Notes: generated from the sequence alone by a model not told the origin. Shown: positions 1 through 13,211, counted from the stretch's first letter. The stretch is 64,000 nt of DNA from Rhodobacterales bacterium (GCA_033839205.1 JAJLKH010000096.1:12510-76509), one strand, 5' to 3'. A program made the numbers and translations.

Positions 1-1
1 G

Positions 2-1195
2 GCGACGGTGGCGTTCGGGATGGGGATCGACAAGCCCGACATCCGCTGGGTCGCGCATGCCGACCTGCCCAAGTCGATCGAGGCCTATTACCAGGAGATC
101 GGCCGCGCCGGGCGCGATGGCGCACCGGCCGAGACATTGACGCTTTATGGCCCCGACGATATCCGCCTGCGCCGCAGCCAGATCGACGAGGGCCTGGCCC
201 CGCCGGAACGGCGCATGGCCGATCACGCGCGGCTGAACGCCCTGCTGGGGCTGGCCGAAGCGCTGGAATGCCGCCGTCAGACCTTGCTGCGCTATTTCGG
301 CGAGACGCCGGAGCCCTGCGGCAATTGCGATCTGTGCGAGAGCCCTGCCGCGGTGTTTGACGGCACGCTGGCCGTGCGCAAGGCGCTGTCGGCCATTCTG
401 CGGACCGAGGAATGGTTCGGCGCGGGGCATCTGATCGACATCCTGACCGGGACCGCGACCGACAAGGTGCGCGAGCGCGGGCATGACGCGCTGCCCACCT
501 TCGGCGTGGGCAAGGATTATTCGCGGCCCCAGTGGCAGGCGATTTTCCGGCAGATGATGGGGCATGACCTGATCCGGCCCGATCCCGAACGCCATGGCGC
601 GCTGCGCATGACCGAGGCGGCGCGCCCGATCCTGCGGGATGAGGCGTCGATCACCCTGCGCAGCGATTCCGTGGCCAGGCCCGATCGCCGCCCGGCCGTG
701 AAAACGCTTGTCTCGGACGAGGATGCGCCGCTTTTGTCGGCGCTTAAGGCCAAGCGGCGTGCGCTGGCCGAGGCGGCGCGGGTGCCGGCCTATGTGATCT
801 TTACCGACAAGACCCTGATCGAGATGGCCGAGACGCGTCCCGCCACGCTGGACGCGATGGCGCGGATCGGGGGCGTGGGCGCGAAGAAGCTGGAAAGCTA
901 TGGCGCGACCTTCCTGGAGGTGATCACCGGCGCGGTGGAGCAGATGCATCCCGCCCGGCGCAAGATCGCGGGGCGGTCCGAGGCCACGCTTTATGACCGG
1001 CTGCTGGCTGCGCAGGCCGATCTGGCGCGGGGATCGCAGGGCGTGGACAAACCGCTGAGCTGTTCTGCCGCCTTGCTGGCCAAGGTCGCGCAACTGCGCC
1101 CGCGCGATGCCCGCGAGATGGAGCGCCTGCTGGGCGACAAGCGCGCCGAACGTTTTGGCCCTGCGTTTCTGGACGTGCTGCGTGATGCGGGCTAG
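2..1195 (+). CDS. recQ: ATP-dependent DNA helicase RecQ, C-terminal part (5' end lies outside the window)
   Basis: The frame is open to the window edge. It carries helicase motif VI ([10 protein letters not shown]), a Zn-binding Cys cluster (ECRRQ..CGNCDLC), an RQC-like region and a C-terminal HRDC-like segment ([15 protein letters not shown]). Confidence 0.9.
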   Translation, partial: ATVAFGMGIDKPDIRWVAHADLPKSIEAYYQEIGRAGRDGAPAETLTLYGPDDIRLRRSQIDEGLAPPERRMADHARLNALLGLAEALECRRQTLLRYFGETPEPCGNCDLCESPAAVFDGTLAVRKALSAILRTEEWFGAGHLIDILTGTATDKVRERGHDALPTFGVGKDYSRPQWQAIFRQMMGHDLIRPDPERHGALRMTEAARPILRDEASITLRSDSVARPDRRPAVKTLVSDEDAPLLSALKAKRRALAEAARVPAYVIFTDKTLIEMAETRPATLDAMARIGGVGAKKLESYGATFLEVITGAVEQMHPARRKIAGRSEATLYDRLLAAQADLARGSQGVDKPLSCSAALLAKVAQLRPRDAREMERLLGDKRAERFGPAFLDVLRDAG

Positions 1196-1228
1196 ATCAC
1201 CCGCAAGGCTGCTGAAAAGGGGAAATAT

Positions 1229-2005
1229 ATGCTGATCACCGTCTCGCCCGCCAAGAAGCTGGACATGACCGAGGTTTCGGACCTGACCCCGACCCGTCCC
1301 GATTTCGCGCGCGATGCGGAAAGTCTGGCCAAGGTTGCGCGCGATCTGACGGTGAAGGACCTGCAAAAGCTGATGGGCATCAGCGAGAGCCTAGCGCGGC
1401 TGAATGCGGAACGCTTTCGGGACTTCGGCACGATGGACGAGAAACCGGCCGCGCTGGCCTTTGCCGGGGACACCTATCAAGGGCTTGAAGCGGGATCGCT
1501 GGACGCGGAGGAGATGGCCTTTGCGCAGGATCACCTGCGCATCCTGTCGGGGCTTTATGGTGTGCTGCGCCCGCTGGACGCGATCCAGCCCTACCGGCTG
1601 GAGATGGGAAGCCGGTTGAAGACAGAGCGCGGCGCCTCGCTTTATGATTACTGGGGCGACCGGATCGCGCAGGCGCTGAATGCGCAGGCCGATGTGCTGG
1701 GCACCGACACGTTGATCAATTGCGCCAGCCAGGAATATTTCGGCGCGGTGGACCTGTCGGCGCTGAAGCTGCGGGTGATCACCCCCGTTTTCCTTGAGGA
1801 AAAGAACGGCGAGGCCAAGATCGTCAGCTTCTACGCCAAGAAGGCGCGGGGCGCGATGGCGCGGTTCATCATCCAGCGCCGCCTGACCAGCGCAGAGGGG
1901 CTGCGGGATTTCGACACCGGCGGCTATGCTTTCCGCCCGGAGCTGAGCGAGGGGGACCGCTGGGTTTTCCTGCGCGATGCGATCGCGGCGGACAAGGCCG
2001 CCTGA
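1229..2005 (+). CDS. yaaA: Peroxide stress protein YaaA (UPF0246 family)
   Basis: 258-aa ORF. The N-terminus MLITVSPAKKLDM and the length are typical of YaaA. A purine-rich tract (AAAAGGGGAAA) lies just upstream of the ATG. Confidence 0.85.
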   Translation: MLITVSPAKKLDMTEVSDLTPTRPDFARDAESLAKVARDLTVKDLQKLMGISESLARLNAERFRDFGTMDEKPAALAFAGDTYQGLEAGSLDAEEMAFAQDHLRILSGLYGVLRPLDAIQPYRLEMGSRLKTERGASLYDYWGDRIAQALNAQADVLGTDTLINCASQEYFGAVDLSALKLRVITPVFLEEKNGEAKIVSFYAKKARGAMARFIIQRRLTSAEGLRDFDTGGYAFRPELSEGDRWVFLRDAIAADKAA

Positions 2006-2014
2006 GCAAAGCGA

Positions 2015-4285
<2,271 letters not shown>

Positions 4286-4444
4286 TGCTGATGTTTCCGT
4301 ATGCGAAGGCAGTTGCCACTCTCTCTTTCGCGCAGCATCCCGCAGCCGGGTGAATTCCCGGTAAACGCGGGCCATCCCGAACACGGGAATCCTTGCGCCA
4401 TGCCATCGGGCCATGCACCATGCCGAAAAAGAGGAGGATCGCCC

Positions 4445-7400
4445 ATGCCACGCATGACCGCCTTGTCTCGCGGCGCTGGTCGCGGCCGTTTCCTTGGGCT
4501 TTGCCTGGCCTTTGCCCTGTCCCTTCCGTGGGTAAATTCCGGCGCCCCGGTGCGGGCCGAGGGGCTGCTGCCCGAGGCGCGATTTGTCGTCACGCAGGAC
4601 ATGGATTTTCCGGGTGGCGACCTTCAACCGCAGTTCGACACCACGCTGGAGGCCTGCCGCCGGATCTGCCTGGCCGATCCGGCCTGCCAGGCCTTTACCT
4701 TCAACACCCGGTCGAACGCCTGCTTTCCGAAAACCGGGGTCACGACGCGGAGCACGTTCATCGGGGCAACATCGGCCGAGTTGCGGCGCACCGATCCCGG
4801 CCTGATGCAGACCGCAGCCGCGCGCGCGGCCGATCTGGCATTCCTCGGTGACGCCACGCTGCAACGCGCGCGCGCCTTTGCGCAGGAGATCGGCTTTCTG
4901 CATCCGGCGGGCGCGCTGGACCTGGACCAGATCCTGCAAGCCGCGCTTGAGCGGGCCAATGCGGCCGATCCCGGCAATGCCGCGCATTGGATCGGCGCGG
5001 CCGCCAGCCTGACCGACCGGTCCGATCTGTGGGTGGAATACGCCCGGCTTCTGTCGCGGCTCAAGCCGTCTGCCTATGACCAGCAGCAGCGCGTGAAAGA
5101 GCGCGCGATCAGCGCCGCGATCAACGGATACCTGCGCAGCGCGAATGCCGCCGCGCAGGTCAGCGCGCTGGAGGTTCTGGCCCAGCGGCTGGAGGATGCG
5201 GGGCGCGGGCGCGACATGATCCCGGCCCTGCGTTTGGCCCAGGCGATCGCGCCGCGCGCGGATATCGCCGCCGCCCTGGAGGATTCGGTGGGCAAATACG
5301 GGTTCCGGGTGACCGGCAACAGCGTGAACAACGATACGGCATCCCCGCGCATCTGCGTCCAATTCTCGGAGCCACTGATCAAGGCGGGGCAGGATTACAC
5401 GCCTTTCCTGGGGCTTGCCGATGCGACGCTGTCTGTCGTGGCCGAGGAGTCGCAACTTTGCGTCGATGGTGTGCGGCATGGGGCGCGCTACCGGATCGTG
5501 TTGCGCGCGGGCCTGCCCGCCGCCAGTGGCGAGACGCTGCTGCGCGATGTCGAGCAGACGCTTTACGTGCGCGACCGCAGCCCCGGCATCGTCTTTCCCG
5601 GACGCGCCTATGTGCTGCCGCGCAGCGCCGATGCGGCACTGCCGGTGCAGACGGTCAACCTTGACCGGGTCGACCTGACCTTGCGGCGCGTCAGTGACCG
5701 CAACCTGCTGCGCGCGATGCAGGACAATTATTTCGGCGCGACCCTGCCCGAATGGCAGGCCCGCGCTTTTGCCGCCGATATCGCCGAGGAGGTCTGGACC
5801 GGCAGCGGCACGACCGGGAACAGCCTGAACCAGGACATGACGACACGGCTGCCGCTGGGCGATGTGCTGGCCGGGATGCCTGCGGGGATCTATGCGCTGA
5901 CGGCGCGGATCCCCGGTGGCGATCCCTATGAGGATCCGGGAGCGACCCAATGGTTCGTGCTGTCCGATCTGGGGGTTTCGACCATGCTGGGCAACGATGG
6001 GCTGCATGTGATCGTGCGTCGCCTGTCCGATGCCACGGCGCTGGAGGGGGCCGAGGTCAACCTGCTGAGCCGGGCCAATGCCGTGATCGCGCAGGGACAG
6101 ACCGACGCGCAGGGCTATCTGCGCTTTGCCCCCGGCCTGACACGTGGCACAGGACCCGCCGCACCCGCGATGATCGTGGTGCAGCACGGCGCGCGCAGCG
6201 GCGCGGGCGGCGAACAGCCGTCAGATGCGGACACGCCCGAGGACATGACCTTTCTGTCGCTGACCGATCCCGCCTTCGACCTGTCGGATCGCGGCGTTCA
6301 GGGCCGCCCGCCCAGCCCGCCGATCGATGTCTTTCTGGCGACCGACCGTGGCGCTTACCGCGTGGGCGAGGTGATCCATGCGACGGTTCTGGCCCGCGAC
6401 GATACCGCAGCGGCCATCCCCGGCCTGCCGATCACCGCGATCCTGACCCGGCCCGATGGTGTTGAATACGCAAGGACACTGTCGACGCAGGACGCGGCGG
6501 GGGGACATGTCTTTGCGCTACCGCTGGGCCGTGCCGTGCCGCGTGGGACCTGGCGTCTGGATATCAAGGCGGATGTGGACGCAGCCCCCCTGTCCAGCCG
6601 CACCCTGCTGGTCGAGGATTTCCTGCCCGAACGGATCGATTTCGACCTTGCCCTGCCCGATGGGCCGATCCGCAGCGGCGACACCCCGCCCCTGACGGTG
6701 CAGGCGCGCTACCTTTTCGGTGCACCCGGTGCCGATCTGGCGGTGGAGGGCGAGGTTCTGCTGCGTGGCACTGACCAGCTTGGGGATGTTCCGCTTTACC
6801 GTTTCGGGCGGCATGACGACCCGGTCAGCCCCCGGATCCGGTCGCTTGAGCCTGCGCGCACCGATGCCGCCGGCGCAGCAACCCTGCCACTGACCCTGCC
6901 AGAGATACAGGCGGCGGGCAGCCCGCTTGAGGCGCAGATCACCCTGCGGGTCAGCGAGGGCGCAAACCGCCCCGTCGAGCGCCAGTTGCGCCGCGCCCTT
7001 ACACCGGATGGTCCGATGATCGGCATTCGCCCGATGTTCGATGGCACGCTGGCCGAAGGGGCCGAGGCGGCCTTTCGCGTGATCGGTCTGACCCCTGACC
7101 TGACGCCTGCGCCCTTGCCTATCCGCTGGACGGTGAACCGGGTCGAGACCCGGTATCAGTGGTATCAGCAGTACGGCGACTGGCAATGGGAGCCGATCAC
7201 GACCCGCACCCGCATCGCCAGTGGCGAGGCGGTTCTGGGGGAGCAGCCCTTTGGCCTTGCAACACCGGTCGACTGGGGGCGCTATGAGCTGGTGGTCGAG
7301 ACGCGGGAGGGCGCATATGCCGCCTCGTCCATCGGGTTCGATGCCGGGTGGTATGCGCCGGCCGATACAGCCACGACGCCCGATCTTCTGGACCTGTCGC

Positions 7401-9976
7401 TGGACCGGCCCAGTTATCGCAGCGGCGATACCGCCATGCTGCGCATCGTGCCGCGCCATGCAGGGATCGCCAGTATCGCGGTCATGTCGAACCGTCTGAT
7501 CCAGATGCAGACCATCGCGGTGGAAGAAGGCGAGAACCTGATCCCGCTGGATGTCACGGATGACTGGGGCGCGGGCGCCTATGTCAGCGCCATGGTCATC
7601 AGGCCGATGGATGTTGCGGCGGGGCAGATGCCCGCCCGCGCCCTGGGGCTGGCCCATGCCGGGGTCGATCCCGGCGCGAAGCGCCTGACGGTGGGCATCG
7701 ACGCGCCGCAGGCTGCCGATCCGCGCGGCCCACTGGAGGTGGCCGTCAAGGTCGAGGGCATTGCGCCGGGAGAGGCGGCGTATGTCACGCTGGCGGCGGT
7801 CGATCTGGGTATCCTGAACCTGACCGGATTCCAGAGCCCGGATCCATCGGCGCATTACTTCGGGCAGCGCCGCCTGGGGATGGAGTTGCGCGACCTTTAC
7901 GGCAGGCTGATCGACGGGATGAACGGCGCGATGGGTCAGGTGCGTTCGGGCGGGGACGCGGGCGCGCAGATGCGCCTGCAATCCCCACCACCGACCGAGG
8001 ATCTTCTGGCCTTTTTCAGCGGCCCCGTGACCGTTGGGGCGGATGGGCGCGCGGTGATCGGTTTCGATCTGCCCGCTTTCAACGGGACCGTGCGGCTGAT
8101 GGCGGTGGCTTGGTCCGCCGGTGGCGTGGGGCAGGCGGAGGCGGATGTTCTTGTCCGCGATCCGGTGGTCGTGACGGCCAGCCTTCCGCGCTTTCTTGCC
8201 CCCGGTGATGACAGCCGCCTGCTGCTTGAAATCATCCATGCCGACGGGCCTGCGGGCCGCATGGGTCTGGACATCACGGCCGATGGGGTTTTGCTGGACG
8301 GCACAAGCATTCCGTCAGGCATGACGCTGGCGGCGGGCGAAAAGCAGACCCTGTCCATCCCGATCGGGGCCGATGTGCCGGGCGATCACAGCCTGCGGAT
8401 CGCCTTGACCACGCCGGACGGGCGGCAATTGCTGAAACGCCTGATCCTGCCGGTGCGCGCCAATGATCCCGAAACATCGGCAACCGCGCGGCTGACACTG
8501 GCACCGGGCGAGGCGCTTGACCTGGCAACTGCAACCTTTGACGGGCTGCGTGCGGGAACCGGCGCGCTGACGCTGACGGCGGGGCCGCTGGCGCGCCTGA
8601 ACGCCCCGGCGCTGCTGGCGCAGCTGGATCGCTACCCCTATGGCTGCACCGAGCAGATCGCCAGTCAGACCATGCCACTGGTGACGCTGGGCAGCATGGC
8701 GCAGGCCCTGGGTCTGAGCGATCAGAATGCCATACGGACCCGTATTGATCAGGGGCTCGACCGCATCCTGACCCGGCAATCCGCCAACGGCGCCTTTGGC
8801 CTGTGGCAGGCGGGATCCGGGGATTTCTGGCTGGATGCCTATGTGACCGATCTTCTGTCGCGCGCCCGCGCGGCGGGCCATTCTCTGCCCGAGAAGGCAT
8901 TTACCGCAGCCTTGGACAACCTGCGCAACCGCATCAACTTTGCCCCGGATTTCGACAGCGGCGGCGAGGATATCGCCTATGCCTTGATGGTTCTGGCCCG
9001 TGAAGGTGCCGCGAACATGGGCGACCTGCGCTATTATGCCGATCAGAAGGCAGAGGCGCTGGCCACCCCGCTTGCCCTTGCGCAACTGGGCGCGGCGCTG
9101 GCGCTTTACGGGGATCAGACCCGCGCCGACCGGCTGTTTGCACAGGCCGGACGCATGATCGCCGCGACCGGTCCAAATGAAAGCCCGGTATGGCGGGCCG
9201 ATTACGGCAGCGATCTGCGCGATACCGCGGGTGTTCTGGCCCTGGCCGTCGAGGTCGGCAGCAAGGCCGTGGATACGGCATCCCTTGGGCAGCGGATTGC
9301 GGCGGTGAGCCGTGCCTTTTCCACGCAGGAAGCCACATGGTCGCTGCTGGCGGCCCATGCGCTGGTGCGCGATCCCGGCGTGGCCGGGCTGGAGGTGAAC
9401 GGGTTGCCGGTGTCCGGCCCGGTGCTGCGCGCCACGGCTGCCGATCTGGCGCTGGCGCCGATCAGCCTGCGCAATGCGACAGGCGCGCCGACCGAGGTGA
9501 CGCTGACCACCTACGGGATCCCGGCAGGCGCGACCGAGGCCAGCGGCTATGGCTACCGGATCAGTCGCGAATACTACAGCATGGAGGGTGAGCCGCTTTC
9601 GATTGCGGCGGTTCCGGCCGGCACGCGCATGGTTGCGGTTCTGACGGTGACACCCGCGGATGGCAGCGGTGCGCGGTTGATGATCAACGACGCCCTGCCC
9701 GCCGGGTTCGAGATCGACAATCCCAACCTGATGCGCGCAGGCGACATCGCGGCGCTTGACTGGCTGGAGCCTGCCTATGCGGAACATGCCGAATTCCGTT
9801 CGGACCGTTTCCTTGCGGCTGTAGACTGGCAATCGGATGAGCCATTCACCCTGGCCTATGTGCTGCGGGCCACGTCGCCGGGGGCTTTCCACCATCCTGC
9901 GGCCCTGGTCGAGGACATGTATCGCCCGGAATACCGGGCGACGACGGCATCCGGTCGTGTCGTGGTGACGGATTGA
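4445..9976 (+). CDS. Alpha-2-macroglobulin family protein with an N-terminal PAN/Apple-like module
   Basis: Very long ORF. I place the start at ATG 4445, which has GAGGAGGA just upstream and is followed by a hydrophobic signal-like segment (FLGLCLAFALSLPW). The thioester motif YPYGCTEQ is intact (CTEQ codons 8645..8656). pbpC lies immediately downstream, as is usual for bacterial A2M genes. Confidence 0.88.
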   Translation: MPRMTALSRGAGRGRFLGLCLAFALSLPWVNSGAPVRAEGLLPEARFVVTQDMDFPGGDLQPQFDTTLEACRRICLADPACQAFTFNTRSNACFPKTGVTTRSTFIGATSAELRRTDPGLMQTAAARAADLAFLGDATLQRARAFAQEIGFLHPAGALDLDQILQAALERANAADPGNAAHWIGAAASLTDRSDLWVEYARLLSRLKPSAYDQQQRVKERAISAAINGYLRSANAAAQVSALEVLAQRLEDAGRGRDMIPALRLAQAIAPRADIAAALEDSVGKYGFRVTGNSVNNDTASPRICVQFSEPLIKAGQDYTPFLGLADATLSVVAEESQLCVDGVRHGARYRIVLRAGLPAASGETLLRDVEQTLYVRDRSPGIVFPGRAYVLPRSADAALPVQTVNLDRVDLTLRRVSDRNLLRAMQDNYFGATLPEWQARAFAADIAEEVWTGSGTTGNSLNQDMTTRLPLGDVLAGMPAGIYALTARIPGGDPYEDPGATQWFVLSDLGVSTMLGNDGLHVIVRRLSDATALEGAEVNLLSRANAVIAQGQTDAQGYLRFAPGLTRGTGPAAPAMIVVQHGARSGAGGEQPSDADTPEDMTFLSLTDPAFDLSDRGVQGRPPSPPIDVFLATDRGAYRVGEVIHATVLARDDTAAAIPGLPITAILTRPDGVEYARTLSTQDAAGGHVFALPLGRAVPRGTWRLDIKADVDAAPLSSRTLLVEDFLPERIDFDLALPDGPIRSGDTPPLTVQARYLFGAPGADLAVEGEVLLRGTDQLGDVPLYRFGRHDDPVSPRIRSLEPARTDAAGAATLPLTLPEIQAAGSPLEAQITLRVSEGANRPVERQLRRALTPDGPMIGIRPMFDGTLAEGAEAAFRVIGLTPDLTPAPLPIRWTVNRVETRYQWYQQYGDWQWEPITTRTRIASGEAVLGEQPFGLATPVDWGRYELVVETREGAYAASSIGFDAGWYAPADTATTPDLLDLSLDRPSYRSGDTAMLRIVPRHAGIASIAVMSNRLIQMQTIAVEEGENLIPLDVTDDWGAGAYVSAMVIRPMDVAAGQMPARALGLAHAGVDPGAKRLTVGIDAPQAADPRGPLEVAVKVEGIAPGEAAYVTLAAVDLGILNLTGFQSPDPSAHYFGQRRLGMELRDLYGRLIDGMNGAMGQVRSGGDAGAQMRLQSPPPTEDLLAFFSGPVTVGADGRAVIGFDLPAFNGTVRLMAVAWSAGGVGQAEADVLVRDPVVVTASLPRFLAPGDDSRLLLEIIHADGPAGRMGLDITADGVLLDGTSIPSGMTLAAGEKQTLSIPIGADVPGDHSLRIALTTPDGRQLLKRLILPVRANDPETSATARLTLAPGEALDLATATFDGLRAGTGALTLTAGPLARLNAPALLAQLDRYPYGCTEQIASQTMPLVTLGSMAQALGLSDQNAIRTRIDQGLDRILTRQSANGAFGLWQAGSGDFWLDAYVTDLLSRARAAGHSLPEKAFTAALDNLRNRINFAPDFDSGGEDIAYALMVLAREGAANMGDLRYYADQKAEALATPLALAQLGAALALYGDQTRADRLFAQAGRMIAATGPNESPVWRADYGSDLRDTAGVLALAVEVGSKAVDTASLGQRIAAVSRAFSTQEATWSLLAAHALVRDPGVAGLEVNGLPVSGPVLRATAADLALAPISLRNATGAPTEVTLTTYGIPAGATEASGYGYRISREYYSMEGEPLSIAAVPAGTRMVAVLTVTPADGSGARLMINDALPAGFEIDNPNLMRAGDIAALDWLEPAYAEHAEFRSDRFLAAVDWQSDEPFTLAYVLRATSPGAFHHPAALVEDMYRPEYRATTASGRVVVTD

Positions 9977-9980
9977 CGCG

Positions 9981-12011
9981 ATGAGTCGCCTTTGGCCCTT
10001 TGCCCTTGTGGCGCTGCTGCTGGTCGCGGCGGCGCTGCGCGACATGGCCGATGCCTGGATCGATGCGACAGTCCTGCCCGCAACCCTGCCCCACACATCC
10101 GTCGAGATGCGGGACAGGCATGGCGCTTTGCTGCGTGTCTATACGGTGGCGGATGGACGCTGGCGTCTGGCCGTGGACCCGGCGCGGGTTGACCCCCGCT
10201 TTGTCGAGATGCTGCTGGCCTATGAGGACAGGCGCTTTCGCGATCACGCGGGCGTGGACCCGCTGGCCCTGATGCGGGCGGCGGGGCAGGCCATCCGGCA
10301 TGGGCGGATCGTGTCGGGCGGATCCACCCTGACGATGCAGGTTGCGCGGCTTCTGGAGGAAACGGGCACGGGGGCCTGGCCGGGCAAACTGCGCCAGATG
10401 CGGGTGGCGCTGGCGCTGGAGCGGCGGCTGAGCAAGGCGCAGATCCTTGGGCTATACCTGACGCTGGCGCCCTATGGCGGCAATATCGAAGGGCTGCGCG
10501 CCGCCAGCCTGGCCTGGTTGGGGAAGGAGCCCGCGCGCCTGACAGCCGCGCAGGCCGCCTTGCTGGTGGCCTTGCCGCAATCCCCCGCCGCGCGCCGCCC
10601 GGACCGCGCGCCCGAAACGGCGCGCGCTGCCCGCGACCGTGTTCTGACGCGACTGGCCCGACAGGGTGTGATCAGCGCCGAGACGGCGCAAGCGGCGGCA
10701 AGCGAGCCTGTTCCGGTGCAGCGCATTGCCTTTCCTGCGCTGGCCCCGCATCTGACGGACCGCGCCAAGGCAGAAGAACCGACAGCCCGGCGTCACGATC
10801 TGACGCTGGATGCAGCCCTGCAACGCAAGCTTGAGGATCTTGCCGCCGATGCCCTGCGCGGGCTGGGCGAACGGCTGTCCATCGCAATCCTTGTGGCGGA
10901 TCATGCCACCGGCGAGATCCTGGCTTCGGTCGGGTCGGCCGGGGTGACCGAAGAGACGCGGCAAGGCTTTGTCGACATGGCGACGGCGCTGCGGTCACCC
11001 GGATCGACCCTGAAGCCCTTGGTCTATGCCTTGGCCTTCGACAGGGGACTGGCCCATCCCGAGACCCTGATCGACGACCGGCCTGTCGCCTTTGGCGGCT
11101 ATGCGCCGCAGAATTTCGACGGTCTGTTTCGCGGCGAGGTTCGGGTGGCCGAGGCGCTGCGGCTGTCACTGAATGTGCCTGTGGTGCATCTGACCGAGGC
11201 GCTGGGACCTGCCAACCTGATGGCCGCCCTGACCCGCGCCGGGGTCAAGACCGCCTTGCCCGGCGGGCAACCCGGCCTTGCCGTGGCCCTGGGTGGCGTG
11301 GGAGTCACCCTGGAGGGGCTGGTGCAGCTTTACGCGGGGCTTGCCGGCGACGGGCAGGCCCGCCCCCTGCTTTGGCGGCAAGGTGATGCCTTGCCGGACA
11401 GGCAACGGATCGTCAGCCGATCCGCTGCATGGCAGGTGGCGCATGTGATGGCGGAAATGCCGCCGCCACCCGGCGCGGCGGGGATGCGGCTGGCCTACAA
11501 GACTGGCACATCCTATGGGCACCGCGATGCCTGGGCGGTTGGCTTTGACGGGGCGCATGTGGCGGGTGTCTGGATCGGGCGGCCCGATGGCACGCCGGTG
11601 CCGGGGGCCTTTGGCGGTGATCTGGCGGCGCCTGTGCTGTTCCAGGCGTTCCAGCGGATCAAGCCGCAGGCGGTTGCCCTGCCTGCACCGCCGCCGGAAA
11701 CCCTGATCCTGCCCAACGCAAGCCTGCCCCTGCCCTTGCAACGCTTTGGCGCGCGGGGCGCGGCTCCGGTGGATGCGCCGCGTCTGGCCTTTCCGCCCGA
11801 TGGCGCGCATCTGCCGCTGGCGGGACAGGCGCTGATCGTGAAACTGCGCGATGGGGTGCCGCCCTTTACCTGGCTGGCCGATGGAGCGCCGCTGCTGGTG
11901 GGCACCCATCGCCGTGAAGCGGCGCTGGAGGGGTTGGGCAAGGGTCATGTGACCCTGTCGGTGATCGACGCGGCGGGCCGCGCCGACCGGGTGCAGGTGG
12001 TGCTGGAGTAA
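9981..12011 (+). CDS. pbpC: Penicillin-binding protein 1C
   Basis: Glycosyltransferase motifs are present (YEDRRFRDHAGVD, GGSTLTMQ), as are the transpeptidase motifs SxxK (GSTLKP) and KTGTS. The ATG lies 4 nt after the A2M stop. Confidence 0.9.
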   Translation: MSRLWPFALVALLLVAAALRDMADAWIDATVLPATLPHTSVEMRDRHGALLRVYTVADGRWRLAVDPARVDPRFVEMLLAYEDRRFRDHAGVDPLALMRAAGQAIRHGRIVSGGSTLTMQVARLLEETGTGAWPGKLRQMRVALALERRLSKAQILGLYLTLAPYGGNIEGLRAASLAWLGKEPARLTAAQAALLVALPQSPAARRPDRAPETARAARDRVLTRLARQGVISAETAQAAASEPVPVQRIAFPALAPHLTDRAKAEEPTARRHDLTLDAALQRKLEDLAADALRGLGERLSIAILVADHATGEILASVGSAGVTEETRQGFVDMATALRSPGSTLKPLVYALAFDRGLAHPETLIDDRPVAFGGYAPQNFDGLFRGEVRVAEALRLSLNVPVVHLTEALGPANLMAALTRAGVKTALPGGQPGLAVALGGVGVTLEGLVQLYAGLAGDGQARPLLWRQGDALPDRQRIVSRSAAWQVAHVMAEMPPPPGAAGMRLAYKTGTSYGHRDAWAVGFDGAHVAGVWIGRPDGTPVPGAFGGDLAAPVLFQAFQRIKPQAVALPAPPPETLILPNASLPLPLQRFGARGAAPVDAPRLAFPPDGAHLPLAGQALIVKLRDGVPPFTWLADGAPLLVGTHRREAALEGLGKGHVTLSVIDAAGRADRVQVVLE

Positions 12012-12035
12012 CCCTTGCGGGTTACTTCGCGTGGC

Positions 12036-13211
12036 TTACATCCGCTCGACCGCGAGGGCGATGCCCTGACCGCCGCCGATGCACATGGTGATCAAAGCGC
12101 GCTTGCCGCCAATACGCTCCAGTTCCGCAAGTGCCTTGATCACAAGGATCGCACCAGTGGCGCCGACCGGGTGGCCCAGCGCGATGGCGCCGCCATTGGG
12201 GTTCACGATGGCGGGGTCCAGCCCCAGGCCACGGTTCACGGCAACGGCCTGCGCGGCAAAAGCCTCGTTGCTTTCGACCACGTCGAAATCGCTGGCCTTG
12301 AGGCCGGTGCGCGCCAGCAGCGCCTCGACCGCGGGAACGGGGCCGATGCCCATCACCTCGGGGCGGACGCCGGCGTGGGCATAGCCCAGCACGCGGGCGC
12401 GGGGTTTGAGACCTGCTTTTTCCGCCGCCTCGGCGCGGGCCAGCACCATGGCCGCCGCGCCGTCATTGATGCCAGAGGCGTTGCCTGCGGTGACCGATCC
12501 GTCCTTCTTGAACACGGGCTTCAGCCCTGCCAGCGCCTCGAGGCTGGTGGCCTTGGGGTGTTCATCCGTGTCGAAGGCCACGGTCTGGCGTTTCACGGTC
12601 ACTTCGACCGGGACGATCTGATCCTTGAACCGACCTTCGGCGATGGCGCGGGCCGCGCGGACCTGGCTTTCCATCGCGAAGGCGTCCTGATCCTCGCGGG
12701 TCACGCCATGTTCACCGGCCACGTTTTCCGCCGTGACACCCATGTGACCCGATCCGAAGGGGCAGTTCAGCGTCCCCAGCAGCATGTCGAGCGTGCGGAT
12801 GTCGCCCATCTTGGCGCCCCAGCGCTGATCGGGCACGATGTAGGGTGCGCGGCTCATGCTTTCTGCGCCGCCGGCCAGACCGAATTGCGCATCCCCCAGC
12901 ATCAGCGACTGGATCACCGAGACCACGGCCTGCGCACCCGATCCGCAGAGGCGGTTCACGTTCATCGCGGGCACGGTATCGGGGATACCTGCCTTCATGG
13001 CGGCGACACGCGACAGGTACATGTCCTTGGGTTCTGTATTGATCACGTTGCCAAAGACCACATGGCCGATCTGCGCGCCCTCGACGCCGGAGCGGGCCAG
13101 CGCCTCGCGCGCGACGATGGCGCCCAGTTCGGTGGGCGGGGTTGCGGCCAGCGCGCCGCCGAATGTGCCGATGGCGGTGCGCGCGCCGTCGAGAATGACG
13201 ATATCGGTCAT
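12036..13211 (-). CDS. Acetyl-CoA C-acetyltransferase (thiolase II)
   Basis: 391 aa. It has the active-site Cys motif NRLCGSGAQA and the C-terminal CIGGGQGIA signature. Confidence 0.92.
   Translation of the reverse strand: MTDIVILDGARTAIGTFGGALAATPPTELGAIVAREALARSGVEGAQIGHVVFGNVINTEPKDMYLSRVAAMKAGIPDTVPAMNVNRLCGSGAQAVVSVIQSLMLGDAQFGLAGGAESMSRAPYIVPDQRWGAKMGDIRTLDMLLGTLNCPFGSGHMGVTAENVAGEHGVTREDQDAFAMESQVRAARAIAEGRFKDQIVPVEVTVKRQTVAFDTDEHPKATSLEALAGLKPVFKKDGSVTAGNASGINDGAAAMVLARAEAAEKAGLKPRARVLGYAHAGVRPEVMGIGPVPAVEALLARTGLKASDFDVVESNEAFAAQAVAVNRGLGLDPAIVNPNGGAIALGHPVGATGAILVIKALAELERIGGKRALITMCIGGGQGIALAVERM

Noticed and set aside
4286-6187. Upstream 634 codons of the 1390-aa minus-strand track ORF (2015..6187)
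   Set aside because: This part is Arg/Gly/Ala/Pro-rich low-complexity sequence antisense to the A2M gene. A recognisable kinase sequence with a proper N-terminus begins only at ATG 4285.
6518-10096. Long minus-strand ORFs (573 aa and 593 aa) antisense to the A2M gene
   Set aside because: These are typical high-GC shadow ORFs. They have an Arg/Gly/Pro-biased composition and no motifs, and they are fully overlapped by a gene with an intact thioester motif and domain structure.
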